Assembly: GCA_013041745.1 (NCBI GenBank)
Contig: JABDRN010000026.1
Span: 4,652 to 68,651 of the forward strand
Source of the DNA: Gammaproteobacteria bacterium
Lineage (GTDB): Bacteria; Pseudomonadota; Gammaproteobacteria; SZUA-229
Length of the DNA stretch: 64,000 nt
Reading direction: 5' to 3'
The notes under the pieces were generated by a model, which saw nothing but the letters and a program-made list of their open reading frames with translations, did no database searches and was not told where the DNA came from. The position numbers and the translations under genes were made by a program. This document shows positions 62,161-64,000 of this stretch, one piece after another. How positions within the stretch are numbered: position 1 is the stretch's first letter; every line of letters begins with the position of its first letter.

Positions 62161-64000
62161 ATGAAAAAAACGCGTGACTTTAATCAGATAACTAAAGACT
62201 TCACTCGAGACCAGTTTTTACATCAGCTGGTCGGCTATGATGTGGACGAGGATAGTCTGCTTCGTTATGCCTGTTATATGGTGTGGGAGTTGCCTACCGA
62301 AGGTTCAATGCCGAGCAGTCTTGATGTGGCACTGTTGTTAAGCGAGTTAGGCTCTGATGAGACTACGCTTATCGTCGCCATGTTGAGCAGTACACGCCTG
62401 ATGAAAGAGGCCGATCTCGAGGAGATGGAGCGTATCTTCGGTGCTGAGATCATGCGCCTGGTGGACAGTGTGCTACAACTGCATGAGTTCCGTGGAGAGC
62501 GTGACGAGTCGTCGCCTGAGCAGGTCGAACGCCTGCGCCGCATGTTGTTGTCGATGGTCGACGATGTACGTGCAGTCTTGATCAAACTTGCCTTCCGTGT
62601 ACAGCGACTGAGACAGTTGAAACTGGCACCGCAAAGTGAGCAGCAGGAGATCGCTCAGGAGAGTCTTGATATTTTTGCTCCGATTGCCAATCGCCTCGGT
62701 ATCGGCCAGTTGAAGTGGGAGCTGGAAGACCTGGCATTCAGATACCTGGAGCCTGATACCTATAAACGCATCGCGAAAAGTCTGGATGGCAAACTCGAGG
62801 AGCGTGAACAGTTCATCCATGAAGTCGTCGATAAGATCAAACAGATCACCCGTAAGGAAGATATCGCAGCTGAGATCTACGGCCGGCCAAAACATATCTA
62901 TAGCATCTGGAAGAAGATGACATCGAAAAGCCGTAATTTCGATGAACTGTTTGACGTACGTGCGGTTCGGGTCGTGGTCGACAGTATCGCCGAGTGTTAC
63001 GTCGTTTTAGGCATGATACATGCACAGTGGCGCCATATCGATAAAGAGTTTGATGATTACATCGCTAACCCGAAAGATAATGGTTATCAGTCATTGCATA
63101 CAGCAGTTTACGGGCCTCATGGTAAACCGGTAGAGGTGCAGATAAGAACGAAACAGATGCATGAGTTCGCCGAATTCGGTGTTGCAGCGCACTGGCGTTA
63201 TAAAGAAGCGAGCGGCGGCAAGAGTAACCTTCAGTCGGGTATCGAGTCACTGCGTAAGTTACTCGATGCTACACAGAGCAATGATGAAGAACTGCTGGAA
63301 AGTTTTCGCACGGAGATGTTCAACGATCGTGTCTATGTGCTGACGCCTGAAGGACGGGTTATCGATCTTCCCGAAGGTGGCACACCTCTGGATTTCGCCT
63401 ATGCAGTGCATACGGAGATAGGACATCGTTGTCGCGGCGCAAAAGTCAATGGACGTATCGTACAGCTGACCTACCAGCTGAAAAACGGTGAGCGTGTAGA
63501 GGTGCTGACCGGAAAAGAGGCAGCGCCGAGACGGGACTGGATGATCTCGCACCTGGGGTATATTAAAACCTCAAGGGCCAGAAACCGTATCCGTAGCTGG
63601 TTTAGAAAACAGGACAAGGAAAAGAACTATAACGAAGGTAAGGCGCTCTGTGAACGAGAATTCAAGCGACATGGGATAAAACCCGAGCTGTCCAGGATAG
63701 TGAAACATTTCAAGCTGGAAAGTGCTGACGATTTCTATATTCATCTCGGACGAGGTGATATAAGTATGGCTCAGATGGCGTCTATCCTGCACGAATTTGA
63801 TGAGGACCGAGATAAGAAAGGCAGTATCCCGGTTCGGGCGGTCAGACCCCGGCCTACGAAAAAATCCAGTAGTAGCATTAACGTACTCGGTGTAGGCAAC
63901 CTGTTAACGACTATCGCAAACTGCTGCATGCCGGTACCACATGATGATATCGTTGGTTTTATTACCAAGGATCGAGGTGTCAGTGTACACCGCACAGACT
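62161..64000 (+). CDS. relA: GTP pyrophosphokinase RelA ((p)ppGpp synthetase I), 3'-truncated by the window edge
   Basis: This frame is absent from the ORF track because it has no stop in the window. I translated it from ATG 62161 without a stop to nt 64000. It has a degenerate HD region (MLSS in place of LLHD), a synthetase motif (RPKHIYSIWKKM, DVRAVRVVV, ANPKDNGYQSLHTAV, EVQIRT) and a TGS domain (VYVLTPEGRVIDLPEGGTPLDFAYAVHTEIG). Confidence 0.9.
   Translation, partial: MKKTRDFNQITKDFTRDQFLHQLVGYDVDEDSLLRYACYMVWELPTEGSMPSSLDVALLLSELGSDETTLIVAMLSSTRLMKEADLEEMERIFGAEIMRLVDSVLQLHEFRGERDESSPEQVERLRRMLLSMVDDVRAVLIKLAFRVQRLRQLKLAPQSEQQEIAQESLDIFAPIANRLGIGQLKWELEDLAFRYLEPDTYKRIAKSLDGKLEEREQFIHEVVDKIKQITRKEDIAAEIYGRPKHIYSIWKKMTSKSRNFDELFDVRAVRVVVDSIAECYVVLGMIHAQWRHIDKEFDDYIANPKDNGYQSLHTAVYGPHGKPVEVQIRTKQMHEFAEFGVAAHWRYKEASGGKSNLQSGIESLRKLLDATQSNDEELLESFRTEMFNDRVYVLTPEGRVIDLPEGGTPLDFAYAVHTEIGHRCRGAKVNGRIVQLTYQLKNGERVEVLTGKEAAPRRDWMISHLGYIKTSRARNRIRSWFRKQDKEKNYNEGKALCEREFKRHGIKPELSRIVKHFKLESADDFYIHLGRGDISMAQMASILHEFDEDRDKKGSIPVRAVRPRPTKKSSSSINVLGVGNLLTTIANCCMPVPHDDIVGFITKDRGVSVHRTD

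Overview
This window looks like gammaproteobacterial chromosome and is mostly housekeeping genes. It carries the conserved backbone known from E. coli, in the order nnr-tsaE-amiB-mutL-miaA-hfq-hflX-hflK-hflC-yjeT-(hisZ)-purA-rnr-rlmB. Upstream of the backbone are iscR(partial)-iscU, acnB, crcB and serS. Downstream are recJ, pyrD, c-di-GMP/cNMP signalling genes, purB, fumC, mltD, rnhA, dnaQ, smpB, ratA-rnfH, bamE, fur and a 3'-truncated relA. The backbone is interrupted twice. (1) About 11 kb sits between amiB and mutL. It holds a four-gene locus of signal-peptide proteins: two paralogous roughly 430-aa DUF11/CnaB-like proteins, a 165-aa single-domain protein, and a 1995-aa protein. The large protein has Ig-like modules, an internal OmpA-like domain and a very large beta-barrel-like C-terminus. 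A thpR gene follows. No chaperone, usher, sortase, secretin or ATPase gene is present. This is my best candidate for an undescribed cell-surface fibre or adhesin assembly system. It also carries unusual regulatory sequence, listed as items a-c. (a) A nested palindromic operator overlaps a TTGACA -35 box. (b) An in-frame 18/27-nt periodic GGN-CCR-CCR (Gly-Pro-Pro) repeat array lies in the leader of the second paralogue. (c) A perfect 21-bp inverted repeat buries the likely start codons of the giant gene. (2) A cusCBA-type copper/silver efflux operon, preceded by a Met/His/Cys-rich small protein, sits between purA and tRNA-Leu(CAG)/rnr. It has no cusF or cusRS. No integrase, transposase, CRISPR array or rRNA was seen. 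All calls rest on reading the translations and the DNA by eye; no searches were run.
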